A stretch of 64,000 bases of DNA from assembly GCF_052425735.1 (NCBI RefSeq), contig NC_135760.1, forward strand, positions 3,782,001-3,846,000. Direction: 5' to 3'. The translations under genes were made by a program, and so were the position numbers. Shown piece by piece: positions 11,785 to 24,729 of the stretch (its first letter is position 1; each line of letters begins with the position of its first letter). The notes under the pieces were generated by a model that was not told the DNA's origin, made no database searches, and saw only the letters and a list, made by a program, of their open reading frames with translations. The DNA comes from Oculina patagonica (lineage: Eukaryota).

Positions 11785-12516
11785 CAGGGTTCAAAATAGC
11801 AGCCGGCTGTCGGCGGTAGCCGGCAGTTTGACGCCACTTGCCGGTTACTTTTCACCGAAGAAATAGAAAATATCATGCCTTGATCGGCCAACTGAAATAA
11901 AAGCTGTCAAAGTGGCGGTAATGTTGAAGTAAACATTTCATATCAGAAAATAAAGCAGCTACAGGGCTAGAAAGTGCGACTCATTGGTCGCTAATGCGAC
12001 CAAAATTTCATCTTGTCGACGAAAACTTCTGGTTTTACAGTTTACTTAGTCGCCAACGTCGACTTCATTTCAAGTTCGTCGTTTGTAAAGGAATCCGTGT
12101 CAATCTTCTCCAATCTTAACCATTCTCAGGGTTCAAAATAAAATTTCGTTTTAAGCCGTCGACTTCATTTCTGTGTTAAGATGAATAACGGGCCGCCCCA
12201 CCTTCTCAGGTATTGTGTCCCTCCAAAAAATTACATTGAAGATCTTATTTGCTTCTCAAACATTCAAAATAAGAAAAGAAGTCACATTGCTCCAATCCAT
12301 TTTGTTGCTTTGCCGTAAAATATTCTATCACTTCGGAAAACTTGCAAATGGCCGACTGTGTTTGAAATCGCCCCAGAATGCATCTGGGTACGTCATGTAT
12401 GCAGATGGATTGTGTCCCTTGAAAATGCATAGCTCTCTAACAGCCGGGAAAAAATGAGCCTTGACAAAAAAATCCGACAAATTCAGGCTTAAAACGAAAT
12501 TTTATTTTGAACCCTG
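11785..12516. mobile_element. hAT-like non-autonomous element with extra internal ends
   Basis: CAGGGTTCAAAATA..TATTTTGAACCCTG termini with GATAAG repeated on both flanks; an inner left end at 12127 gives a 31-bp perfect TIR with the right end. Confidence 0.65.
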
Positions 12517-13302
12517 GATAAGCAAAATAATTACAAACCTCATACTTTTGTCCATTATCGGCAGGAAAGCATACTATAAGTAAACACGGGAAAATAGATC
12601 AAAATAGTGGATACAACGAGTCAATTACAACTATCACAACAATACCGACCTCTAAGAACTTCGCTGCCATTTCTTTTAGCGTCTCTACCGGGATACATGA
12701 TTAGTTTCGCTCCTCGATGGCCTTGTTGTCTTCCCAACCGTCACCATTTTGATCAATGGAGTCTTCTTGCTCGCTGAGTCACTACTGAATCGACAAATCG
12801 CGCTTGTTTTTTTCTTGTGAAATTTACATGCAAAAGCTATAATGTTGCCATGTTCGCCGATAAATGTCAAACTTCTCGTTCACAAAACGACCATCTCCGC
12901 TTATTCTGCCAAAGAAATTCTTTCTAAACATAATTGGACGCCATATTTAAAAGGAACAGCACATAACGGGAAAAAATACTCCAGCTTACTTACCCTACGT
13001 GCAAGAGGTTTTCTCTTTTCGCGCGGTTTCCGCTTTCGGTTAAAGGCGGCTTTCTGTTTCTGCGGCCTTTCGAACGATCCCACTGTACCTACGGACACTG
13101 TACGGAGCGCCAGAAGAAAATGTCTGCGACGCAAGTTAACTCTTAGTCGCCTTGTAATCTTAATTATATGTCAGTAGCCACTACAAAGTACAGATGAACT
13201 GCAGGATACTGCGCTGTTTGTCATCAAGAAACTGTTCGGATTTTTCAATAAAAATTTCAGCCGATGATCTCACAGTGCTGTCGCTCCACCCAGGACTACT
13301 AA

Positions 13303-15335
13303 GGGAGCATTCATTTTTTAGAAGGGGAGAGGGGGTGGACCGGAGGAATTCAGGGGAGGGTCATCAATTTTTTACTCACCAAAAAAGGGAGGGTCACCAT
13401 GAATTTAACAGCTGAAATAAACTGTTAAAAAAAGGAATGCAGAATGGTTATTAAAAGTTACAGTCACAGATCAGTGTCAGTCACTGATCAGAATCACAAA
13501 GTCACTGATCAGAGTCATCAGAGTCACTGAGGCTCTCACTATCAGATGAAGCAAAGGATGGTGGTAAGGAATCAGAAATGTAGGCTTCACCAGCTTCTGA
13601 GAATCGGCTGTCAGACTTGACTGTCTCATGCAAAACCTTTGCCTCCCTCCCTGATAAACTTACTAATGCTGCAACGAAAATGTCTTCCTTCTCAATAGTT
13701 ATATTCACACTGTCATGGTTGACTCTCGGTAACACTTTTTGGAGTACTCTTGCTTTTGCATTTTCCATCCTGGCTTACTTTCGTTTGATACCTCTCCTTT
13801 TATTTTGCTTCCTTTTTCGAGCTTTGGAGATAGTTGGCTTGTAAACAAAGCCCTTGAATGTGCTCTGTAACTCATTTAGCTTTTCATCAACTTGAGCCAC
13901 AAATGCTGAAACGTTTTGATCTAGCTCATTAAGCTTGTATATTGTAGCAGAATTAAAGTCATGGTGAATAGATTTCCCAGGAGAAAGTCGCCTGCCACTC
14001 TTATCAAAAAGGCCTTGATCCATGGCTACCACTTCATCTTTAAGCTTGTTTACTTCTGATTTCAAGCTAGTGAGCTGATCCAAATGTTTCGACAAAACAG
14101 CTACGTCACTAGCTTTTGGAATATAGATCGGGAGCCAGCACCAAAAGGTTTTCTTAGTGCAATTGTTTCAGAAAAGCCTGGCGAAGAATTTTTCTACAAC
14201 AAAGAATATCTATCTAAGTTTAACAACACTTCAAAGTTAAGCGACGTGAAATACCCGGACATGCCAATTTTAATAGAGTTGAGACCTTTTTTGAGTTGCA
14301 CTACGAAAGGGGATATAGCTCTATTTTGAATTTCTGAAAGGGGATTGCTCAAGAAAGGGAGAACTGTGTGAGACATGTAACGAAAACGGTTGGATAGGTC
14401 CCGACTTGCTGAAGCGCACACCACGCCCTTACCCAGATACCACGCAACTCCCTTTCTATCACTATCTCTCAGTAAGTAACACCCTGGTACAGAATAGAGT
14501 TCCAGATGATTTCCAACCTCGTGCGCAGTTACTAAATGTGGTGAAAATGACAAAATTGAAGCATTTGCTAAAAAGTACATTGTCAACACTGATTTGGTTA
14601 AAGGCTATCTTGAGCAGCTTACAAATATTGACGTGAAAAAAATGTGCGCCAAGAAGAAAAGCGCAAGGCAAAGAAAGATGAAGAAACCAAAGGCTACGAT
14701 GACTACAATTGGGAGGAATTGTACAAATCCGGAAACCTAAAGAAGCTGAAGGTTCCAGAGCTCAATAAATATATTTTTCACCACAACTTATCAAGGAGAA
14801 AAATGTCCAAATCAGAAAAAACTTAACCTTCTATCAGCTCACATCAGCCAAAGTTTATGTGAAAGGATCTTGACACTAAGTGCTGTTGAAACTGCAGCAA
14901 TGGAAGCCTCAGACACTCAGTCAGAAGATGATGATGTCAGCAAGGGCTCCGAAAGTGAAGGTGAAGTACTTTTTGAATTTGGCAATGCAAGCAACTCAGA
15001 CGAAAATGACTCAAAGAACAGTGAAGCTGAAGAAAGAGAAGAAGAGTTGCCTGTAGGAGGCAGGGTAAACTGTTATGGCAGAAGAGTGGGCAATTGTAGG
15101 TTGCGTTATTCTAGCTAACAGGTGTGTGTGAAGGACCACGGGATTGTTATACAATCCCATGGCTCAGGACGAAGGAGGGTTGGTCTCTAGAAATTTAACT
15201 ACTGCTCATGGGAGGGTCACATCTTTTAACAAAAAATATAAGGGGAGGGTTGGGAGATTTTATATTCACTGTCAAAGCGATTCCTCCGGCCCATTCCCCC
15301 ACCCCCCACCCCCCTTCTAAAAAATGAATGTTCCC
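13303..15335. mobile_element. Internally deleted TWA-TSD DNA transposon (Zator- or PIF/Harbinger-like) with coding remnants
   Basis: TIR GGGAGCATTCATTTTTTAGAAGGGG / CCCCTTCTAAAAAATGAATGTTCCC; TAA TSD; empty site near 56884; broken ORFs at 14084-15118 (+) and 13502-14095 (-). Confidence 0.8.
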
Positions 15336-15668
15336 TAATGGGCGCCACGAACCTGACTAAAATGCTGGTGAAATTAACTTATCAACAAACTGCGATGAAG
15401 AAGAATCCCATTCAAAGGGAGACACTGTACAAATAGTCGCCAGATATAAACAAAGTGACGCACCCAACGTGGATTCAGAACAGACTATGATAAATATTCT
15501 CAAGGTGTGCTCACTCTTCCATTACCGACATTGTCATTCTTTTAACGTTCACCAACACTCCAGATAAAAAAACGCCTATAAATAATTAACCACGGTATAA
15601 AAAATGCTATTTTCTAATCTTTTTTTTTTTTTTTTACAATAAAACAAGAAGTAATGGCGCTCTTCGTA

Positions 15669-15730
15669 AGCGTGACCGAGTCACTCTTACTGATTGCGTG
15701 ATGACTTCCGGCCAAGAAGTTTTATATTTA
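15669..15730 (+). promoter_or_regulatory. Upstream module of copy 4
   Basis: AGCGTGACC..TTGCGTGATGACTTCCGGCC..TTTTATATT; homologous to 58188-58250. Confidence 0.5.
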
Positions 15731-15847
15731 AATTTTATAATTCACCGCTGGCTCAAGATGCCACCTCACTTCCCACGAGAAATACCCGCTTTCAATAGCA
15801 AACTGAAACTTTTTCGTCTATATTTCTTCGATTAAAGTACAGAAACC

Positions 15848-17180
15848 ATGTCTGTCGTCGAGAAAAACTGGCAAACAACAAGACCCACCATCAGAGAAAG
15901 AAGCAAGTTTATGTTTAACAATGATCTCTTCAGCGATGTGAAGTTTGTTGTTCGCAAGTCTGACGGCGAAAGTGAAAGTAAACAAGTGATTCCAGCTCAC
16001 AAGTTCGTACTGTCGATTAGCAGTCCTGTGCTTGAAGCCATGTTTTACGGTGAGCTGGCGGAGACTGGAGACTCTATTGAACTGCCTGACTGTGAGTACG
16101 AGAGCCTGTTGGAGTTGTTTCGTTACGTGTACAGCGATGAAGTGAACTTTTGCGGAAGAAATGTGATGGGAGTATTGTATTTGGCGAAGAAATACATGGT
16201 GCCTTCTCTGGCCGACAAATGTACTAAATATCTCCAAGACAACTTAGATCCGTCGAATGTTTTGAGCATCCTGCCCTCTGCCCAGAAATATGAAGAGAAA
16301 GACTTGGTGGATCAATGCTGGAAAGTGATCGATAAACAGACAAAAGAGGCCGTGAAATCAGAGGGATTTGCGACAATTGAGAGGTCCTTACTTGAAGCAG
16401 TTGTCGTAAGAGACACTTTGACGATTGAAGTGAGATTGAGATGTTTAAAGCTGTTGACTTGTGGGCAACAAAGGAGTGTGAGAGACAAGGTTTAGCGGCA
16501 GATGGTGCAATAAAACGAAGAATTCTCGGAGAAGAAGTGATTAAAGAAATACGTTTCCAGCAATGAAGCAAGAAGATTTCGCAAGCGTGGTGTTAGACAG
16601 TGAAATGTTAAATCTAAAAGAAATCGTCAGTGTTATCAAGCATCTGAATTCAGTTGCCAGTTCTCCAGTGGGATTTCCACAAATTAAACGATCTGGTTTT
16701 TGCGGAGATATTCAACGATGTTGTAGATTTGGTTCGATGTCAAATCATTTTCGTAGTTATTCTGGCCTGTCACACGACGCCATCAAATTCTCTGTGGACA
16801 AAGATATTGAGCTACACGGAGTGTGCTTCTGTGGTAGTGAAAATAATATTTACTCTGTAGAATTGAAGCTAACAGACACCACGAGTGGAACAGATTTGGT
16901 GTTTAAAAATGGACAATTTCCGTCAAAGCTATTGGGCGAGAAATATAGCTACTATGGTTTTGAAGTGTTGTTTGACCAAAAAATCACCTTAAACAAAAAT
17001 ACCACGTACGAGATATGGGCTCAAATAACAGGACCTGATTCGATACGTGGAGAAAACGGTAGCGGTTCTGTTAAATGTCGAGAAGTAACATTCATGTTTA
17101 TGGAGAGGAGCAGCTTGTTCAATGAAACGACCGTTCAATGTGGTCAGTTTCCCGAATTGTTGTTTTCCTCTAGAGAATAA
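15848..17180 (+). pseudogene. BTB-BACK-PHR copy 4, frameshifted
   Basis: +2 insertion near 16430 (GAAGTGAGATTGAG vs GAAGAGATAGAG) and -1 near 16558; split into 215-aa and 205-aa ORFs. Confidence 0.9.
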
Positions 17181-18652
17181 ATATTTATTTGGGACAAGAC
17201 ATATTGTTCATCAGTAATTACCAATTCGAGCAAAGCTGATAAAGTTCCTCTACTCAAATGACGAGTGACTAACGAGTTTCGATTCTGAGAAAAAATTTTA
17301 TTGCATAAATTTTAATTCTAAGAATATTTGCTGTATTTCTAAGAAATCACAAAACCATTAAAAAGAATTTGTATAATGCACCTTGCTTCAGAATTAATTA
17401 CATTTGTTGTTGTTGTATTTAGCCAAGATACTGTTATGGAATGTAATTCACAGTACGGATAAAGATTTAGTTTCTAGAACCTTACGACAGGTAATGACAA
17501 AAAAGTAAAGAATCACTAAGAGATATAATGTGTCTTGATTTACAGCCAAATTCTCTGAACTTGCATGAAGATTATACTGTAGAATAACAAAAGAGAACTA
17601 ACATTGTAATCTTGAGAGTCCGGATTAAAATGCAACATAATGGAGTTTACTTGTGAATTCACTTACACAAGGGTTAAAATAAATAAATAAATAAATAAAT
17701 AATTAACTAATTTGAAAACTGGAAGGAAAATTAAAACAAAAGTTGAATTATAGCAAAAAGAAACTTCAGGAGAATTGGAACGAAAATTCCTTGTTCCAAT
17801 AAAACTGCAAACTAAAACAACACATAGAGGAAAATTAATTGGAGGCAGAGGAGGGTCACAGATACGAAAACCATAAATTATTTGCGGAGATGTTTTCTTC
17901 TATTTTAAAGTGCTGTGCTAAAATCCCACTCAGTTCATAATTCAGTGTAACAAATATATTACTTAGTCTTCACTCGCACTTCACACTTGTTATCAAGAAA
18001 GTTTAGTTTTCGTTCAGACGCATCATGGAGCAGTTTACCCTTACGTCCCTGTTGGCCTTCGGCCTATGCTACCGAACCCCAAGCGCGCCAAAACAAACCT
18101 CTGGTACCCAAAGTAAGACAGCTATCTTTTAATCGGTTTATCCTCCTTGTTGTACGTGGACTGGTTTGCGAACTGACAGTTACACGCTGTCTGTAATCTA
18201 AAAACAGTTCGGATTTTGATAATAAAATTTGAGATAATTGCACTTTGCTGTCTCTCCGGCCACCCAGCCAAATATAAATAGGCGTCAAGGAATTGTTAGG
18301 GCAACCTGAGCAGAATGCTGGTACAATGCCATTCAGAGTGAGTCGCTGTACTAATTTTCCAGTGATGTGAGCAAAGCGAAGCACCGAATGTGAACTTAGA
18401 ACAGACAATGATGAACGTTCTGAAGTTGAACTCAGTCTACCATCATAGCTACCGACATTGTTATTCTTATATGGTTCACAAACACTCCACAAATATCACG
18501 CACTGAGGCACAATTGATCACTTGTGCATTCAACAACATAAGTGCATTTGCTGTTTCTCTGAACAAGTGTTTCGTAAAATATTTAATGCTCAAATAAAAC
18601 GCAACTTGTGAGTGTGTAATTTTCAAACCAGAATACTCGCAAGAAAATTTGT

Positions 18653-18750
18653 TAGCGTGACCGAAAGATGTTGACAACTACTGAAACATCCCGGGTCACG
18701 CTAACTGACTGCGTGATAACTTCCTGCTAAGTAATTTTATATTCAAATTC
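18653..18750 (+). promoter_or_regulatory. Upstream module of copy 5
   Basis: TAGCGTGACC..GGTCACGCTA-ACTGACTGCGTGAT..ACTTCCTG..TTTTATATTCAAATT. Confidence 0.55.
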
Positions 18751-18859
18751 TCAAAGCCACCGCTGGCTCAAGTTGCCACCCAACTTTTCACGAAAACTAC
18801 ACTGTTTAGCAAACTGAAACATTCTTCGTGTATCCTTCGTCAATCTCAGTACAAAAACC

Positions 18860-20194
18860 ATGTCTGTCGTCGAGAAAAACTGGCAAACAACCAGACCGAC
18901 CATCAAAGAAAGAAACAAGTTTATGTTCAACAACGAGCTCTTCAGCGACGTGAAGTTTGTTGTTCGCAAGACTGACGACGAAAGTGAAAGTAAACAAGTG
19001 ATTCCAGCTCACAAGTTCGTACTGTCGATTAGCAGTCCTGTGTTTGAAGCCATGTTTTACGGTGAGCTGGCGGAGACTAAAGACTCTATTGAGCTGCCTG
19101 ACTGTGAGTACGAGAGCCTGTTAGAGTTGTTTCGCTACATGTACAGCGATGAAGTTCAGTTGAGCGGAAATAATGTGATGGGAGTGTTGTATTTGGCAAA
19201 GAAATACATAGTGCCTTCACTGGCTGATAAATGCACGGAATTTCTGAAAAACAACTTAGATCCGTTGAATGTTTTGAGCATCCTGCCCTCCGCCAAGAAA
19301 TATGAAGAGAAAGACCTAGTGGATCGATGCTGGGAAGTGATTGATAAAAAGGCAGAAGAGACCGTGAAATCTGATGTATTTGTGACAATTGAGAGGTCCT
19401 TACTTGAAGCAGTAGTCGTAAGAGACACTCTGACGATTGAAGAGATAGAGCTGTTTAAAGCTGTTGACTTGTGGGCAACAAAGGAGTGTGAGAGGCGAGG
19501 TTTAGCGGCAGATGGTGCAGGAAAGAGAAGAATTGCCGGAGAAGAAGTGATTAAAGGAATACGCTTTCCAACAATGAAGCAAGAAGATTTTGCTAGTGTA
19601 GTACTGAACAGCAAAATTCTAACATTAGACGAAATTGTCAGTATTATCCAATATCTTAGTTCCGTCCCGAGTTCTCCAGTGGGATTTCCAGAAACAAAAA
19701 GAGTTGGTTTTCGCGGTGATATTCTACGATGTTCTAGATTTGGCTCGTTGTTAGGCCCTTATTTTCAATATAGGGACTTCGAATACGATGAAATCGAATT
19801 CTCCGTGAACAAAGATATTGTGCTTCAAGGAGTTTGCTTATTCGGTAGTGAGAATAATTCTTACTCGGTCAACTTGACGGTAACTGACACCGAAACAAAC
19901 TCAGTTCTGATGACTAAAACTGGACAATTTCCCTCAAAGCTATTACAGTGCGAGAATTATACCTATTATGGGTTTGAAGTGTTGTTTGACATGAAAATAA
20001 TTTTAAAGACAAACACCACGTACGCGGTATGGGCTGAAATAACAGGACCTGATTCGTTACGCGGAGAAGCGGGTGTCGATTCTGTTAATTGTCGAGGTGT
20101 TACATTCACGTTTTTCGAGGACGAAGAAGCCTGTTTTAATACAACGGACATTCAATTTGGTCAATTTTCTGAATTACTTTTTACTTTCAAATAG
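18860..20194 (+). CDS. BTB-BACK-PHR protein (BTBD3/6-like), copy 5, 444 aa
   Basis: Intact ORF; PHR loops are unusually acidic. Confidence 0.95.
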   Translation: MSVVEKNWQTTRPTIKERNKFMFNNELFSDVKFVVRKTDDESESKQVIPAHKFVLSISSPVFEAMFYGELAETKDSIELPDCEYESLLELFRYMYSDEVQLSGNNVMGVLYLAKKYIVPSLADKCTEFLKNNLDPLNVLSILPSAKKYEEKDLVDRCWEVIDKKAEETVKSDVFVTIERSLLEAVVVRDTLTIEEIELFKAVDLWATKECERRGLAADGAGKRRIAGEEVIKGIRFPTMKQEDFASVVLNSKILTLDEIVSIIQYLSSVPSSPVGFPETKRVGFRGDILRCSRFGSLLGPYFQYRDFEYDEIEFSVNKDIVLQGVCLFGSENNSYSVNLTVTDTETNSVLMTKTGQFPSKLLQCENYTYYGFEVLFDMKIILKTNTTYAVWAEITGPDSLRGEAGVDSVNCRGVTFTFFEDEEACFNTTDIQFGQFSELLFTFK

Positions 20195-21913
20195 ATGCTT
20201 TAAATTAGCAATGGAGTTTTATCACAGATTTAACCTAATATTCTGGGTGAGAAAGCTCAACTGAAGCTAACGAGCCTGTGTGAACCTGAAGTGACTGAAG
20301 AGTTTGGAATCCGATGAAAATTGCGACCACTTAAAAATGTTCGCTAAACTTCTAAGAAATCAGAAAACCTATAAAGAAGAATTTGTACAAAAGGTGAAAT
20401 AAAGCATCACTTTTACTGAACTGTAAATAAGATTGTCAGTTATTTAGCCATAAGAGCGTTTGAATAAAATTCGCGAAAGCGATGAAAATCAAATTTCTCC
20501 TTACTACATCAACAGGTCTTCAAGTAGACAGGTGACGAAAATAACGAAAAGAATCAATCAAGAGATGCAATGTGTCTTGATATACAAACAGATTCTCACA
20601 ACTAGCATAAAGGGTTAAATGCGATACAACTGGAACTCCGGAAACAGTTTTTGCGTAAAAAAGCTTCTGTGAAAAACAGTTTGCTTACAATAAGAATGCA
20701 ACAAGAAAGCGTTGCTAAACATAATTTCAGTTTCCCTACAACGTGTCCAAGTTGTTTTTTGCATTAGGAGATTTCTCATACTTGGTTTATCATCTCAATT
20801 GTATAAAAAATGACAAAATAGAATTACAATTAAATTGAAGCACACTTCACTTCCTACACTTTTTTGTTGACATTTCACAGATTTTGCTCCTTTACTGAAA
20901 CTACTGACACTGTAGCAAGCTGGAGTGTGAAGAATCTGTCAAGGAAAATAGCGACTGCCAAAATAGAAATAGAGCTCCAATGCCATACACCTTGGCCATA
21001 TTGCAGCGACATAACATAAATAACACTAGCACATGTTCCTTTGTTCCCAACAAAACTATATTTGTGTGTTTCCTAAAGTAAGTATTTCTTCGATTTTGGT
21101 GTTCCCTGGTCCCTACATTATGCTCTTGTTCCCGTGCTACCTGTTTTATTTTTAACTTGTCCCCATGTTCCCAAAAGGTTCAGTAATGACCATGTTCTCT
21201 TGTTCCCTGAAACCCCTGGGGGAGCCTCAGCACAAAAGCAGAACTAATAAAGGGCCACTTACTTTCGATTGTTTGTTCTAGGAAGAGAATTTATTAAATT
21301 TTTACAGCTCAACCTTTTTCAAAGGGTTTAAAATTCCAAGAGTGATTACCATCTTATTTCTCCTCACAATATCAAAACATTGTGGAGCAGACAGGTGATG
21401 AGAAGACAGAAAGTCATCGACTAATGCATATCATTTGCTACAAAATTGTAGGAATTAAACTATACTTTAAAGTAATGAATGGTAAAAAGAAAGGTGAATC
21501 ACCAAATTCTCAGAACTAACATCAAAAAAAATGTACCACAACAAAACATGTTTTACCTGAGCATTGCGTGGGATAGCATTTTTAAGTTTTTCTTAGCTTT
21601 TAGTTTATCTTGACATCACTTTAACCAGGGCTACTTTTGTGGATTCTTATCCCAGCTGCTAAGTGTGCTGCATTTGCTACGAACATGTGTGCTTCTGATG
21701 TTCCAACAAGTCATCTTGATGATCTGCTTGGGGATAAGAAGTCGTTGGCATAGCACCGCACTTCGTTATTACAATGTGAAAACCATTCACCCCGAAGCCT
21801 CTGCTATGAATGTGTTGTCAACGTTTACACATTAAATATTTAGATCAGATGACCTCTCAGTTTCCAGGCCAAGAGACGTGATCCATATACTATAAATACT
21901 ATACCATAGTATA

Positions 21914-22100
21914 TATACACCACTTTCATAATGGCGGCCAATTTACTTATTCTTTTATATGTATGTTAATTAGCCCTACTGGCCTCGTTTTAGAGTAAAA
22001 ATTATTTTGAATTTTTCACATGCTGACGAGGCCAGTAGGGCTAATTAACATACATATAAAAGAATAAATAAATTGGCCGCCATTATGAAAGTGGTGTATA
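21914..22100. mobile_element. Palindromic MITE (~187 bp)
   Basis: ~75-bp near-perfect inverted arms starting TATACACCACTTTCATAATGGCGGCCAATTTA. Confidence 0.75.
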
Positions 22101-22287
22101 CCACTATATAAATACTATCTATATACTGAAGGTCAAGCATTTCGACTGTTAAATCCAGCCTGGGTTACCCCACAAGAAGCTGGACCTCTTGCTTAGGTGA
22201 CATACTATAAAGCTGTTCGGGTGCACGCAAGCCACCTTCATTCGACAACGGGTGGGCTACGGGGCACACTTCAACGCATTGGTTTAA

Positions 22288-22779
22288 AGGAGAAGTTCAC
22301 TCCAGAATGGCCATTTATTTCCAACGTTCGCTTTAACCCTACGAAATCTTTCCCAAAACTCGCCAACTGAACGCCGCCATCTTGGAGCTGGTAATGTATG
22401 CGTGACGTCAAAGAGCTCAGCCTGAAGTTTGGCGGGAAAATGGAAATATTCGAAACTCCTTGTTTCTTAGTAGTGGCTTTTGTTTGTCAAAATGCCTGTT
22501 TGTGCAGCTCCATTTTGCTCAAACAGAGTTCCACGAAATACAAAAAACAAGGAGTTTCGACTATTAAAATTTCCCCGCCAAACTTTAGGCTGACCTCTTT
22601 TACGTCACGCATACATTACCAGCTCCAAGATGGCGGCGTTCAGTTGTCGAGTTTTGGGAGAGATTTCGTAGGGTTATAGCGAACGTTGGAGGCTGAAATT
22701 TTGGTGAATAACATATCTTTGTGTAAACTTTGTATTGGCGTAAAGAAAATAAATGGCCATTCTGGAGTGAACTTCTCCT
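22288..22779. mobile_element. Kolobok-like foldback MITE
   Basis: TTAA TSD; AGGAGAAGTTCACTCCAGAATGGCCATTTATTTT TIR; inverted symmetry extends through most of the element. Confidence 0.8.
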
Positions 22780-23419
22780 TTAAAGGTTGTTCCCTTCTTG
22801 GCTTGCTGTTGCTTTCGTCTCGTTGTCCCGCTTTTTATACTCTAACTTTATTGCAACATTTTTTCCGCTTGGCCCAGCCGCTTAGCTTGATTAGCCCTAG
22901 CTATTTCTAAGTGACTGCGCTCCGTTTTCATTGTAAAGTTTTAATATTGCATATTTTTATCTGTATTGTAAAATTTCAGGGCACGAAATATAGATTGTTG
23001 TTTGTTGTTCGTTCTTGGTTCGTGTCTCGTTCTGTATTCATCGATTTTCCTGCCTTTTGTTTTGAATCTCTCATACATTGTTGATACATCACCACTTAAA
23101 TGTTGGTTGCAGCTCTTTACTCTCAAGAGCGAACAACTCCTTACTCGATCTTAGCGTCAATTATGCTTACTTAAACTTACTTAAAACCTACTTCTTTTTA
23201 TCAATCCTCGCAGTACATTAGTGGCAAACAATGAGACTATCCATACTCCAGGTCTGGGGAATTAGCACCTTGTCGAAATCTCATTGATCCGTATCCAGAT
23301 GCAAAAAAAGATCTGAGTACAGCATTAAAATTCGTTTCTAAGGAATCATGAGCAGTTTTCTCACTACACAGCATCGCGTATCTTTATGGCGTCACGTAAA
23401 CTCAAAAACCCGATAGCAA

Positions 23420-23610
23420 ACGCGGGAAATCATGTAACCGATAGTAAACGCAATAAGCGAGAGAAAAAGCGTGTAACTGGTGCAAAGCGCGGGAACACAT
23501 GTTACTGGTAATAAGCGCGCGAAAACATGTTGCTAGTGGTAAGCGCGGGAAAACATGTTACTGGTGGTAAGCACGGGAAAATATGTAACCAGTTGCAAAC
23601 GCGAAAAAAA
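23420..23610. repeat. Degenerate ~28-bp minisatellite (AAGCGCGGGAAAACATGTTACTGGT)
   Basis: About six imperfect tandem units. Confidence 0.7.
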
Positions 23611-24185
23611 TCACGTCAGCCAAACCACGATTGTTTGGGGTTTTCATCACTTTCAGTAAATAGAAAACTAAAGTGAAACAAATTACTTTCAATAGTAAAA
23701 AGCGCTCTAGGGGGAAATGGTCTACAACAAAAGATTTGAAAGTATTCGAAAGTGGGGAATGAGTTTTAAAAAGCAGAGAGTGAAACTGTAGTATCATAGA
23801 ATTGAATAGACAACGTCTGCAGTTCCAAGTGAAGTTAAAAATTCACGAGATGCATTTAATATTGGTAGGTATTTATGTAGCTACAATACATAGCAATGTG
23901 TTATTCTCAGAATTTAAAAGAGTGTTCATGCCTCCCAATTACCCAGTACAAAGAGGAAGAGCGCGAAGCGCGAGGGCATCTTTTCGCTTCGCACTTCGTG
24001 CTCGCCCTTGCGGTTCGCGTTCGCGTTTTGCGCTGTGCTCCGCTAAACCACCTGTTCTGCAGAAAAAATTTTCAGTGCTATACATTTAAATACAAATACT
24101 AACCAAACTCAAATTATTTCGTTTAAACTATAATATTGTGACAATTCTCTTGTCGATCACAAAATTGGTGGTTTTCATCAAAGTT

Positions 24186-24325
24186 AGGACTGTGATGAAA
24201 GAGCTGGAAGAGATGGGTCTATCATGGGGCGAAGAGCAAACCAAAGCTCAGGGTAGAGTTGGGTGGCGAAGTATTATTGCGGCCTTATGTCCCCGACGGG
24301 ACGAAGAGGTTGACTGAGTAAGTGA
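24186..24325 (+). mobile_element. RTE-type LINE 3' end fragment
   Basis: Translates RTVMKELEEMGLSWGEEQTKAQGRVGWRSIIAALCPRRDEEV, typical of an RTE ORF C-terminus. Confidence 0.7.
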
Positions 24326-24729
24326 ACAAAATCTGTTTGGTTCCTTGAACAGAATTTGAAAACTAAAAGGTTGCCTCGACGTTTTTGACGGTATCTATTA
24401 ACCTATTTGTGTGAAGAGAGGCACTGACCATTTCCTGACCTGTGGCAACCCTGCAAAGAGATCATGATAAAGCAAAAAGGAAAAAAATGATAGTTTGGGA
24501 TTGATTTTGAACGACGAACTTGTTTTGTGCTAAAATCAGTTTCAAGTAACACTCTCTGTGTAGTAGTTCTTTGACCTTCTTTTACAAATCTCTTGGGTGT
24601 TTTAGCAGTCCAGTAAATTCTTCTGGTTGTTTTGCTCAATGTTGAAAAATAAACATAGTACGTAGACCATTGGATCATTTCAGTTTTTTGATGTTTGTGG
24701 CCGAATTGCAGTTCCCAAAAGACAACCAC

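Noticed and set aside
18851-18859. ACAAAAACC (exact V(D)J RSS nonamer) immediately before the ATG of copies 5, 9 and 11
   Set aside because: In copy 5 there is no CACAGTG heptamer at 12 or 23 bp spacing, and none was evident for the others. It is simply an A-rich Kozak context and varies in other copies.
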